DNA of 64,000 nt from contig JBFWNU010000007.1 in assembly GCA_050250895.1 (NCBI GenBank), positions 32,001 through 96,000 of the forward strand, written 5' to 3'. The position numbers were made by a program, and so were the translations under genes. The notes below the pieces were generated by a model. It was not told the DNA's origin. It saw only the letters and a program-made list of their open reading frames with translations, and made no database searches. Below are positions 42,774-52,053 of this stretch, in pieces. Position 1 is the first letter of the stretch. The number at the start of each line of letters is the position of its first letter. The DNA comes from Vulcanimicrobiota bacterium (GTDB taxonomy: Bacteria > Vulcanimicrobiota > Xenobia > Xenobiales > JADMJV01).

Positions 42774-45377
42774 TCACCGGAGCTCAATTTTGGAGAGGGC
42801 TTGCTCGTCCACATCTTTTTCGCGGCTGCCGGTGATGATGGTGGAGCGCACCAATAAATCACCTCCGCGAGGGAAGATGGGCTTCTTGCGGTAGGCGCTC
42901 AGGGCGACCCCACAGCCCTCGAGGCGAGAGTCGCTCACCTCGGTCAACGAGGCGTCTTTACACTGTATGCCGACCTGGCAAGCGCGGAACTCGCAGTTGG
43001 CGACTTCTACTTTGGAGGCTTCGCCCACACTGATCCCCTTGTCGCCGCAGCCTTGGAAATAGCAGTTTTCCACCTTCAGTTCGTTGGTGGACAGATCCAG
43101 GCCGTCGTTGCCAGTATCGATAAAGCGGCAGCCGCGCACCAGGCCCCGGCACAGGTCGAGATCGAGCCCGTCCGAAAAACAGTCCTCAAACTCGCAATTG
43201 TCCAACGTCACCTGGCTGTAGGCAAAATTGACGGCGTCATCGCTTTCTTGATTGGCACCGAAACGGCTATCACGCAGCTGGATTTTACCGACCTGATAGG
43301 CGTTGAACATGCCTTTGAAGCGGTAGCCCTGGTAGTCGTCGAGGCTTCCGCCTTCAAGGTCGAGGCCTGTCAAGGACACCTCGGCCTGCCCCACCAGGGC
43401 CAGGCAGCCCCAGGGCCGGGTCGTGGCCGGGCGGAAGCGGATCGGCTTGGAAATGCTGCCCCCGGCCTGGATTTTCCCGAACACGAAGATGGATACGCCG
43501 GGGTCGAGGGTTAGCTCGGTGCCAGCCGCCAGGCTCAGCTCATCCTGGGGCCGAACGACCAGATCCTCGTCGAGATGGACCTGGCCGGGACCCAGGTTGA
43601 TCCGTTTGCCTTTCGAGGGGAACAGAAAGAACGGGTGGACCGTATTGGGGGCGTCTGGCAAAGCCTGATCCGAGGGCGACAAGGTTTCGCCGGTGTAGGG
43701 ATTGGAGAACTCCAGGTCCTGGGGCGGGTTGCCCAGTTGATAGACGAAGGGGGCGGGTCGCGCGATGGCCACAGGATGGCGGCGAACCAGTTCCATATCG
43801 CCGTAGCGCCGGCCCGGGTCGAGTATCCAGCTCTCCGAGAACGAATGGGTCTGGCCCGGAATGAGGATACGCCCCGAACGGCTGTGCACTTTGACCGCCA
43901 CCGTTCCGTAAACGGTGAGCCGGGTGCCACCCGACTGGGGCTCGAGCGAGAAGCGCGCTCCCTCAAAGTACGCTTTCAGGCGCTGGCAACGCCGGGCATA
44001 GAACTGCTTGAACTCTGCGGTCAGGCTGGGCAACTGGCTGGGAGTGGTGTAGCGGAATACCTGGAAATTCATGGCCCGCTCGGGCACATCCTCAGGCGCG
44101 TCAGGCCAGAAGCGAACCACTCCTCCATTGGCTGGATCGGCGCGCAGGTCGGGCTCGACCCGCGCCAGATAGTCGTCGATCACCTCGTTGATCTGGTCGG
44201 GTCGGGCGGTTTGCTCGATCAGTTCCCAGAGGATCTCGTCGCGGCGGCGCAGGAAGGTGGGGTCGGCATAGGCCAGGGCTTGCCACAGATTGAGAATCAG
44301 ATCGGGGTCGGTTTCGGCCTCCATCGATAGCCCAAAGCCGTTGACATCCCAGACCACCGGCTCGAGGTGGCCCCGGTCGGTGTCGTAGAAGAAGGTCTGA
44401 TTGTGCTGGTCGTCGATGTGCAGGCTGGCGCACAGCACCAGCAAAGCACACCAGCGCGCCATTCGCTCGCGGTCGAAGTGGGCGCCGAAAGCCTCGAGCG
44501 AGTCAGGGGTGAAGCTCGAGGCTGCCACCAGCTTCAAGGCCTGGTTGAAGAATTCGTTCTGGGCCTGGTCGGCGTCGCTGCGGTTCCAGATTTCGGGTTG
44601 GACCCAAAGGGGAGTGGAGCCGCCCACATCGTCGCCTTTGAAGAAGGCTCCCGGCAGGCGGCTGTTGGCCAGGGCCAGAGGCTCGCCGATGCGATAGCCA
44701 TCTAGATAGACGCCGGAGTATTTCTGGTTGATCGACAAGCGCACCGGTCGACTGCGCGGAGTCATCAGGTCGAGCTGTTGAGCCAGATACTCCGGCAACC
44801 AGTTGGCCAACACCAGGGGATCTTCCGGGCGCTGGAGCTCGAGGTAACGGCGTCCTCCTTGATCGGACCCGGAGATCTTGAGCCGCAAGGACGGCTTGGC
44901 GACCGTGTGGTGCCAGTCGTTAGCCCCCCGCAGTCCGACCTTGCATTTGTGCATCCGGCCGTCGGGGTTGACTACGTAGGCGGGAAACCAGGGGCGGTCT
45001 CCACCCTCCTCGCGCCCTAGCTTGGCGTCGCCGTAACGAAGAGCTTCGAGCATCTCGCGGAGGGTGTTGTCGGCCACGAAGAGGTCGTAACCGGGCAACT
45101 GGCTAGTGGCGGGCGGGGCAGGGGCGGTGGCCAGAGTGACCAGACGCGCCCACAGGTTGCCGGCCGCGAATCGAACCGATTGCGTTCGATACCGGGTGCC
45201 CAGCACATCGACCAGAAACTTGGACTGCGCCAGCTGCACTCCCAGGCTGGCCGTCAGGATCAGCAGCAGCAACCCGAGCAGAGCCAGCATGCGGGCGATG
45301 GGAACTCGGCGCACGCGGCCCTCGCGCGAGCGTTGCCATAGACCCCCGGCGCGATAGAAGAAGCGGCCCACGCACAC
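42774..45377 (-). CDS. CotH kinase domain fused to a right-handed beta-helix (start uncertain)
   Basis: LRG..KPSLRLK, YSGVY, HN..FYD, EPVVWD; DDAVN/DGLDLD/DKGISVGE repeats. Confidence 0.8.
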   Translation of the reverse strand: MCVGRFFYRAGGLWQRSREGRVRRVPIARMLALLGLLLLILTASLGVQLAQSKFLVDVLGTRYRTQSVRFAAGNLWARLVTLATAPAPPATSQLPGYDLFVADNTLREMLEALRYGDAKLGREEGGDRPWFPAYVVNPDGRMHKCKVGLRGANDWHHTVAKPSLRLKISGSDQGGRRYLELQRPEDPLVLANWLPEYLAQQLDLMTPRSRPVRLSINQKYSGVYLDGYRIGEPLALANSRLPGAFFKGDDVGGSTPLWVQPEIWNRSDADQAQNEFFNQALKLVAASSFTPDSLEAFGAHFDRERMARWCALLVLCASLHIDDQHNQTFFYDTDRGHLEPVVWDVNGFGLSMEAETDPDLILNLWQALAYADPTFLRRRDEILWELIEQTARPDQINEVIDDYLARVEPDLRADPANGGVVRFWPDAPEDVPERAMNFQVFRYTTPSQLPSLTAEFKQFYARRCQRLKAYFEGARFSLEPQSGGTRLTVYGTVAVKVHSRSGRILIPGQTHSFSESWILDPGRRYGDMELVRRHPVAIARPAPFVYQLGNPPQDLEFSNPYTGETLSPSDQALPDAPNTVHPFFLFPSKGKRINLGPGQVHLDEDLVVRPQDELSLAAGTELTLDPGVSIFVFGKIQAGGSISKPIRFRPATTRPWGCLALVGQAEVSLTGLDLEGGSLDDYQGYRFKGMFNAYQVGKIQLRDSRFGANQESDDAVNFAYSQVTLDNCEFEDCFSDGLDLDLCRGLVRGCRFIDTGNDGLDLSTNELKVENCYFQGCGDKGISVGEASKVEVANCEFRACQVGIQCKDASLTEVSDSRLEGCGVALSAYRKKPIFPRGGDLLVRSTIITGSREKDVDEQALSKIELR

Positions 45378-45449
45378 CGTTTCGACATGGCGGCACCCCC
45401 GCTCCTCGCTGAAGGAATATCCCGGTCACGGGCCTAAACACACCGCGCA

Positions 45450-46148
45450 ATGAACGAGGTTCTAAGGTTTCTCCGACTGGAAGGGGTGCAAACCGACGCC
45501 CTGCCGGTTTGGGAAGCCCTCTTCGCCATCTGCGTGGCCGCCCTCTGTTCGTGCCTGATCAGCCTGGTCTATCGCTGGACCCACCAGGAACTGGCCTATT
45601 CTCCCTCTTACGTGCGCACGCTGGTGCTGGTCTCGATGGTGACCGCGTTGATCATGGTGGTCATCGGCTCGAATATCGCCCGCGCCTTTTCGCTGGTGGG
45701 CGCGCTCTCGATCATCCGTTTTCGTAATGCGGTCAAAGAAACCCGCGATGTCGGCTTCATCTTCTTTTCCATGGCCGTGGCCATGGCCAGCGGCACTCGT
45801 TTCTATCTGTTGGCGCTGGCCGGCACCGCCTTGATTTCGGTGATCATGCTGGTGGTCCATCACTTTGACTTTGGTGGGCGCACCCTCGAACCGGAGCGGT
45901 TGCTCCGGTTACGTCTGCCAGCCGGAACCGACCCCATGGTCGTGCTCGACGCTCCGTTCGCCGAACTCTTCGTGGCCTGGAGCCTGATTTTGCTAGAGAC
46001 CGTTCAACAGGGCTTGGCGGTGGACGCGGTCTTTTCGGTCCGCCGTAAAGACGGGGTGAGCGCGGCTAAAGTGATCGAGCGCCTTCAGGCTCTCGATGAA
46101 AACCCCAAGGTCACCTATCACCTCGGCTTTGATGTCGATGAAATCTAG
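45450..46148 (+). CDS. DUF4956 membrane protein
   Basis: GSNIARAFSLVGALSIIRFRNAVKETRD. Confidence 0.88.
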   Translation: MNEVLRFLRLEGVQTDALPVWEALFAICVAALCSCLISLVYRWTHQELAYSPSYVRTLVLVSMVTALIMVVIGSNIARAFSLVGALSIIRFRNAVKETRDVGFIFFSMAVAMASGTRFYLLALAGTALISVIMLVVHHFDFGGRTLEPERLLRLRLPAGTDPMVVLDAPFAELFVAWSLILLETVQQGLAVDAVFSVRRKDGVSAAKVIERLQALDENPKVTYHLGFDVDEI

Positions 46149-46887
46149 CGGGCGCTACGAACTCAAGTTCTTTATCGATGGTGAGGACAAGCGCGAGGTG
46201 CTCGAGCGACTCGAGCCGGGTCTGGTGCCTGACAAACATGGTGAGGCGGGCGTCTATCGCATCACCAGCCTGTACTACGACACGCCGGCTTTGACGGCGT
46301 TTCACGAGAAGCTCGACGGGGTCAACCCCCGCCACAAGTTCCGTCTGCGCTATTACGGCGACCAGCTCCCTGACTCGGGGTATTTCGAGGTCAAGTCGCG
46401 CCACTATCAACTCATCCGTAAACTGCGCGTGCCCGTCGACAAGGCCACGTTCTGGCAGCTGGTGAGTTGCCCAGCGCGCCTGCGCGCTCTTGAGGGGGCG
46501 AAGGGCCCCGTGCCGGGTCTGGAGTTTGTCCATCTGCAGGCGAGCCGAGCTCCGCTGGCCCCTACGGCCGTCACTTCCTATCGTCGCGAGGCCTACCTGA
46601 GTCGGTTTGACCCGACCCTGCGGGTGACTTTCGACCATCTTTGCCAGGCCTTTTCTCCCCACCAGTTCCCCCCCGGGCCTGACGACGAGGGCCCGCCGCT
46701 CTGCCTGGCCACCCACATCCTGATGGAGGTCAAGTTCAATCATCGGTTGCCAGGCTGGGTCCGCGACGCGGTCGTGGGCCGTCGCCTGCGACCGGTTCGG
46801 TTCTCGAAATACTGCGAAGCCATCTTCGCGCTGGGCGACCATCCGGTCCGGCGGCGGCTGGCCGCCGTCAATTCGCGCAAAGACTAG
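46138..46887 (+). CDS. VTC (polyphosphate polymerase, CYTH-like) domain protein
   Basis: RYELKF, SLYYDT, KFRLRYY, RVTFD, FSKYC. Confidence 0.88.
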   Translation: MKSSGRYELKFFIDGEDKREVLERLEPGLVPDKHGEAGVYRITSLYYDTPALTAFHEKLDGVNPRHKFRLRYYGDQLPDSGYFEVKSRHYQLIRKLRVPVDKATFWQLVSCPARLRALEGAKGPVPGLEFVHLQASRAPLAPTAVTSYRREAYLSRFDPTLRVTFDHLCQAFSPHQFPPGPDDEGPPLCLATHILMEVKFNHRLPGWVRDAVVGRRLRPVRFSKYCEAIFALGDHPVRRRLAAVNSRKD

Positions 46888-47525
46888 ACCTCGGGTAGCC
46901 CCGAGACCAGGGGCACGAAGCGCACCCGCGAAAGGTTTTCCTGGCGAAATTGCTCGGGCCCGAGCCGAGTGAGGCGCAGCAGGTGCTGGTCTTCGGGCTG
47001 GCCCACCGGAATGACGAGGCGTCCACCGATGCGCAGTTGCGCTCGCAAGGCGGGGGGTACTTCGAGGCCGCCGGCCGCCACCGAAATGGCATCAAACGGT
47101 GCTGCCTCGGCTAACCCCTGGGTCCCATCCCCGTGGCGAACCTCGACGTTTCTGTAGCCCAGCCGGGCCAGTCGTCGGCTGGCTGTCTGAGCCAGTTCGA
47201 GGTGCCGCTCGACGGTGAACACCCGTCGACAGAGCCTGGCCAGCACGGCGGCGGCGTAGCCCGAGCCGGTGCCCACTTCCAGCACGACATCGGTGGGCCG
47301 AAGTTGCAAGGCCTGGGCCATCAAAGCCACGATGTAAGGCTGGGAGATGGTCTGTCCCTGACCGATGGAGAGGGGATGGTCGGAATAGGCGCAGTTGCGA
47401 ATGTTCTCTTCCACGAACTCTTCCCTGGGCACCGAGCCCATCGCTTCGAGAACGGCGGCAGAATGAATGCCTCGCGGCTTGAGGTCGGCGTCGAGCATAC
47501 GCTCACGGTGGCGGGCGGGATCCAT
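46884..47525 (-). CDS. pcm: Protein-L-isoaspartate O-methyltransferase
   Basis: GQTISQPY, LEVGTGSGY, VRFVPL. Confidence 0.95.
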   Translation of the reverse strand: MDPARHRERMLDADLKPRGIHSAAVLEAMGSVPREEFVEENIRNCAYSDHPLSIGQGQTISQPYIVALMAQALQLRPTDVVLEVGTGSGYAAAVLARLCRRVFTVERHLELAQTASRRLARLGYRNVEVRHGDGTQGLAEAAPFDAISVAAGGLEVPPALRAQLRIGGRLVIPVGQPEDQHLLRLTRLGPEQFRQENLSRVRFVPLVSGLPEV

Positions 47526-47604
47526 CTATCCTAGATATTACCCAGGCAACCGGTGGCTGAACCCGGGGCTTTGTCGCCAGAGCCATTTGCGCTATAATCG
47601 GACC

Positions 47605-48030
47605 ATGCGTTCTTCCTCCCGTCATCTCTGGTATGCCTTACTACTGACCCTGCTGGCGGCTGCCCTCGGGGCTCGTTTTTTGACCACCACCCCCGGGGCC
47701 TCGACTCCGACCGGGGTCTGGGTCCAGACCCTGGGAGACGATGGACACTTTCTGGCCGAGTTGCGCCTCGAGCCCACGGGGGACCACTACACTGCCACCC
47801 CGCTCGCAATGTCCGAAGATGCCTATCCTCGCCGTCCCTACCGCTCTTTCAATCACCACTTCTCGGCGGCGAGTTGGACCTTTCAAGAAGACTGGGGCGA
47901 CGAAGTCGGTCGCTTCGAGCTAAAATGCGTGGCTCCGGGCCGCTACGAAGGGTTGCTCTTCTACTCGGGCGCTCCTGAGGGCACGCCTACGGCCTTCGAA
48001 CGTCGATCAGCGGCAGCCGACGGTCGATAG
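47605..48030 (+). CDS. Hypothetical secreted or membrane-anchored protein
   Basis: N-terminal hydrophobic segment; TATAAT 6 nt upstream of the ATG. Confidence 0.6.
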   Translation: MRSSSRHLWYALLLTLLAAALGARFLTTTPGASTPTGVWVQTLGDDGHFLAELRLEPTGDHYTATPLAMSEDAYPRRPYRSFNHHFSAASWTFQEDWGDEVGRFELKCVAPGRYEGLLFYSGAPEGTPTAFERRSAAADGR

Positions 48031-48697
48031 CCAGCCGCTCGGGGCTGACCGCCAGGCGATAGCACAGCATCTCGACCCCGGCTTGTTGGGCCTGACGAAA
48101 GGCCTGGGCATAGGCGGGGTCGATCTCATCAGCCGGTCGATAGCCCTGGACATCGGCTCGGGCGACCAAATAGAGCATCACGCAGCGATGGCCATTCAGG
48201 CGCAGTTGGGTTAGCTCGCGCAGGTGGCGTGTGCCCCGAGCCGTGACCGCGTCCGGAAAGGCGGCCAGCTGGTCGCATTTGAAGGTCACTTGCTTTACCT
48301 CGAGATAGGTCGGAGGATGCGTCTCCAGGCAAAAGTCGAACCGGCTGGCGCCCACCTTGACTTCGCTGCGGAAGTCGGAATAGTCGCCCAGCTCGGGCGG
48401 GTGGCTGGCCAGGAGCCGGGCCGCCACGCGATTGGCGTTGAGGGTATTGACCACCACCCACTGGCCCTCTACTTCGGATAGTTCCCAGGTGTAGCGAAGC
48501 TTGCGCTTGCCGCCGGTTCCGTGGTCGGTGAGCAAGATTCGGCCGTGGCTGGGCAGGCAGCTAGTCATACGGCCCGGGTTGGGGCAGTGGACTACCACTT
48601 CCTGGCCGTCGGCCAACCGGGCGTCACAGAGAAATCGCTTGTAGCGTCGTAAAAAGCGCGCCTCGAGCAGAGGTGGCAAAGCCAGTGCGGGGCTCAT
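47987..48697 (-). CDS. sfsA: SfsA DNA/RNA nuclease family protein
   Basis: RYKRFL.D, HCPNPG.M, EVK.VT, FPDAVT.RG.RHL. Confidence 0.93.
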   Translation of the reverse strand: MSPALALPPLLEARFLRRYKRFLCDARLADGQEVVVHCPNPGRMTSCLPSHGRILLTDHGTGGKRKLRYTWELSEVEGQWVVVNTLNANRVAARLLASHPPELGDYSDFRSEVKVGASRFDFCLETHPPTYLEVKQVTFKCDQLAAFPDAVTARGTRHLRELTQLRLNGHRCVMLYLVARADVQGYRPADEIDPAYAQAFRQAQQAGVEMLCYRLAVSPERLAIDRRLPLIDVRRP

Positions 48698-49413
48698 GTC
48701 TCGAGTTCTAGCTCGCTTTTGAGCAAGGCCTCGACTCGTTCCACCTCGCCGGCCTCGCGCGATTCGAGCACGAGCTCGACCTTCCAGACGCCCTCGAGGT
48801 GCTTGGGATAGGAGCCGATGCGCACCTTGGGGTTGTCGTTGGCGATTTTGTGCAACATGGCTGCGATGTCGGTTTCGTGGGCCGCGAAGAGCAAGCGCGT
48901 CTCGAAGCTGGGCGGGCCCTGGAAGAGGTAGGCGATCTGTTCGAATTTTTTGCGCAATAGCTCGGGGATACCGGGAAAAATGTAGACGTTAGCGATCACG
49001 ACCTGAGGATAATTGGCTCCCTCGGGATAGATCAGCTCGGCTCCCTCGGGGATCGAGGCCAGCCGGTTCTGGGCCAGGCTCAACTCGTCGACTTTGTAGT
49101 AGAGCTTGAGCAACCGCTCGAGGCCGGGGCTGGTCACCACCTGGCGTCCGAAGGCGTGAGCCACCGCATCGATAGTCAGGTCGTCGTGGGTGGGGCCGAT
49201 GCCCCCCGAGGTCAGCACGTAGGTGTGCTCGGCACTGGCTTTGGTCACGGCCGCCGCGATGATCTCGAGTTCATCAGGCAGGATGCGCACCTCACGCACG
49301 TCGACCCCGAGTTCGGTGAGTCGGCGCGTCAGAAAGGGGGTGTTCTCGTCCACCACCCGACCGGTGAGGATCTCGTTGCCGATGATGATCAGGCAGGCCG
49401 TGGCCGGTTGCAT
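48694..49413 (-). CDS. CinA N-terminal (MoCF-binding) domain protein
   Basis: IIGNEILTG, GGIGPTHDDLT. Confidence 0.88.
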   Translation of the reverse strand: MQPATACLIIIGNEILTGRVVDENTPFLTRRLTELGVDVREVRILPDELEIIAAAVTKASAEHTYVLTSGGIGPTHDDLTIDAVAHAFGRQVVTSPGLERLLKLYYKVDELSLAQNRLASIPEGAELIYPEGANYPQVVIANVYIFPGIPELLRKKFEQIAYLFQGPPSFETRLLFAAHETDIAAMLHKIANDNPKVRIGSYPKHLEGVWKVELVLESREAGEVERVEALLKSELELET

Positions 49414-51113
49414 CAGTAGCCCTCCGCGTAGGCTGGCCGGCGCGGGTCGGCGCCGGCCTCGAGCACCCCGTCGGGTCGAACCCGAATCAGCATCACTTGA
49501 CCGATGGCGTTGATGGGAGCCAGTTGGTGCCCCATGGCGCGTAGCCGGTCGCGGGTGTCAGGAGAGAGCCCGAACTCGAAGGAGATCTGGTCCGGATACC
49601 ATTGATGGTGAATGCGGGGGAGCGAAACCGAGGTCTGGGCGTTGAAGCCGTAGACCAGGTTGTTGAGCAGCACCTGGAAAACGGCCGTGATAATGCGTGA
49701 GCCGCCGGGAGCGCCCAACGCGGCCACCAACCTGCCATCCTGTTGGACGAGGGTGGGGGTCATCGAGGAGAGGGGTCGTTTGCGGGGCTCGATCGAGTTG
49801 GCTTCGCCGCCCAGCAGGCCATAGGCGTTGGGCTTGCCCGGAGCCGCCGAAAAGTCGTCCATCTCGTTGTTGAGTAGCATTCCGGTGCCGTCGGCTACCA
49901 GGCAACTGCCGTAGCTGAAATTGAGCGTGTAAGTGAGGGAAACCGCCCAGCCTTTGTCGTCGACGACGCTAAGATGGGTCGTGTCGGGCGACTCGTAGCC
50001 GGGAGCTTGGCCAGGCCGGACCTCGGAACTCTTGCGGGCCTGGTCGTTGGGGATCGCGGCTCGCAGTTTGGCGGCGTAGGCCTTGGACGTCAGCCATTCG
50101 ACCGGTACTTTGGTGAAGTCGGGGTCGCCCAGCCAGCGGGAGCGGTCGGCATAGGCGCTGCGCATGGCTTCGGCCTGAAGGTGCAGCTCGGCCGCCCCCG
50201 CGTGTCCCTCGACGCTGAACTGCTCGCCCTCGAGGATGTTGAGCATCTGGATCAGGTGGACGCCTCCCGAAGAGGGAGGAGGCATCGAATAGACGGTATA
50301 GCCGCGAAAGGTGGCCGAGACCGGTTCGCGCCAGACGGCCTTGTATTCTTTGAGGTCCTGGGCAGTGAGCAAGCCGCCGTGGCTTTGCACGGCCCCGACC
50401 AGCTGCTGGGCCAGGTCGCCTTCGTAGAAGTCTCTGGGGCCGGCCCGGCCGAGCCGGTGCAGGGTTTCGGCGAGATCTTTCTGGACGAAGCGGGTGCCGA
50501 CCTCGGGCGGAGCCCCGCCGGGCAAGAAAATCGTCCGGCTCGATTCGAAACGGCTGAGCTTGGCCTGGGCCTGAGTCAATCCTCGGTGCATCCACGGAGT
50601 GACGATGATGCCGTCGCGAGCCAGGCTCTCGGCGGGGGCCGCAGCGTGCTCGAAGGTGATGGTGCCGAAACGGTCGAGAGCAGCTTCCAACCCGGCCACG
50701 GTGCCTGGCACTCCCATTGCCAGAGCACCTACGGTGGCGCGTTCGCGGTCCACACTGCCGTCAGCCTTGAGATACATATCCGAGGTCGCAGCCCGCGGGG
50801 CGACCTCGCGAAAATCCAGGGCGTAGACCTGGCCCTGGGGGTCGCGAATCAGCATGAAACCACCGCCGGCTAGATTGCCAGCGCGGGGCAGGGTCACCGA
50901 GAGAGCCAGAGCGGTAGCCACGGCCGCGTCCACGGCGTTGCCCCCATGCTCGAGCACCTGCAGGCCGGCCTCGCAAGCCTTGCGCTCTCCGGCCAACACC
51001 ATGCCGTGGCGAGCCTCGGTCGCATAGAACCGGTCCTTTTCTTCGATGATGTCCTGGGCCCGGACCGGCAGGCAGACCCACAGCAGCAACAGCCAGGCAA
51101 GCGCGCGTCTCAT
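49413..51113 (-). CDS. ggt: Gamma-glutamyltransferase
   Basis: GGNAVDAAVA, DTTHLS, LNNEMDDFS, RPLSSMTP; signal peptide. Confidence 0.96.
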   Translation of the reverse strand: MRRALAWLLLLWVCLPVRAQDIIEEKDRFYATEARHGMVLAGERKACEAGLQVLEHGGNAVDAAVATALALSVTLPRAGNLAGGGFMLIRDPQGQVYALDFREVAPRAATSDMYLKADGSVDRERATVGALAMGVPGTVAGLEAALDRFGTITFEHAAAPAESLARDGIIVTPWMHRGLTQAQAKLSRFESSRTIFLPGGAPPEVGTRFVQKDLAETLHRLGRAGPRDFYEGDLAQQLVGAVQSHGGLLTAQDLKEYKAVWREPVSATFRGYTVYSMPPPSSGGVHLIQMLNILEGEQFSVEGHAGAAELHLQAEAMRSAYADRSRWLGDPDFTKVPVEWLTSKAYAAKLRAAIPNDQARKSSEVRPGQAPGYESPDTTHLSVVDDKGWAVSLTYTLNFSYGSCLVADGTGMLLNNEMDDFSAAPGKPNAYGLLGGEANSIEPRKRPLSSMTPTLVQQDGRLVAALGAPGGSRIITAVFQVLLNNLVYGFNAQTSVSLPRIHHQWYPDQISFEFGLSPDTRDRLRAMGHQLAPINAIGQVMLIRVRPDGVLEAGADPRRPAYAEGY

Positions 51114-52006
51114 GGGGCGGCCATTCCCGGCCCGCCAGGCTTCCTCCTGGCCATTCTGGTGTAGCTTCGGCACACTTCAAAGCCGGCCCGACCATAGAAG
51201 TCGACCAGAGTGGTCCAGTCGACCACTACCCGCCCGACTCGCCGGTGGGACAGGTAGTTGAGACTCTCCGCAAGCATCCGTTGGCCCAGGCCCCGTCCCC
51301 GCGCGGCAGCCGCCATGCCGACTGGGCCGATGCCTCCCCAGGCCAACGGCTGGTGGCGGACCCAATAGGTACTCGGGCCGAGCCAGCGGTTGCCCGAGTG
51401 CCAGGTATGGCAAAAGCCCAGCACCTCGTCGCCCTCGCGCACGATGACCACATCCTCCAGGTTGCCCTCGAGTTCGAGCCGGTGGCGGGTGTCGCGGCTC
51501 CAGCGCCCAGGAAACTCGCGTTCGAGCATGGCCAGCAGGGCGGGGACCTGGCCCGGACCGCAGCTTTCGAAGGGGCCGTGGCGGGGGGTCAGGTCTTGAG
51601 CTAGATCGACGCTGCATTCCACGGTCTGGAAGTCGCGCTTGCGAAAGAACCCGGTAGATTTCTCGAATTCGGCGGGAATTCCCGGCAGAAAGTGACTCAG
51701 GCTACCCCCTACGAAGACCGTCTCGAGGCCGGCCAAGCCAGCCTCGAGCAGAGCGGTGGCGCGTCCCTGGCGGCGATATTCGGGCAAAACCCCCAGAGCG
51801 TCGATGCAGGGGGCACTAGAACCGGGGGTGACCATGAGCAGGCCCACGGCCTGGTCGCCGTGGCGGTCGACCAGGATCTGCCGACCCTCTTGCTGCCAAT
51901 GGGCGACGGTATTCTGTTCGAACAGGCGCCAGTCGAGCGGGTAGGGGGGGAAGAGACGGTTCCAGAGGGAGAGAATCTCTGGGGTCGGCAAGCTGGTTTC
52001 AATCAT
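51110..52006 (-). CDS. Tandem GNAT acetyltransferase
   Basis: Two motif-A segments (RRQGRAT, RGRGLG), FYGRAGF. Confidence 0.85.
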   Translation of the reverse strand: MIETSLPTPEILSLWNRLFPPYPLDWRLFEQNTVAHWQQEGRQILVDRHGDQAVGLLMVTPGSSAPCIDALGVLPEYRRQGRATALLEAGLAGLETVFVGGSLSHFLPGIPAEFEKSTGFFRKRDFQTVECSVDLAQDLTPRHGPFESCGPGQVPALLAMLEREFPGRWSRDTRHRLELEGNLEDVVIVREGDEVLGFCHTWHSGNRWLGPSTYWVRHQPLAWGGIGPVGMAAAARGRGLGQRMLAESLNYLSHRRVGRVVVDWTTLVDFYGRAGFEVCRSYTRMARRKPGGPGMAAP

Positions 52007-52053
52007 GGAAGGGCCTCTTTTCGGGGTGGCGAAGCGCGCCGCTGGAGGTGTCA

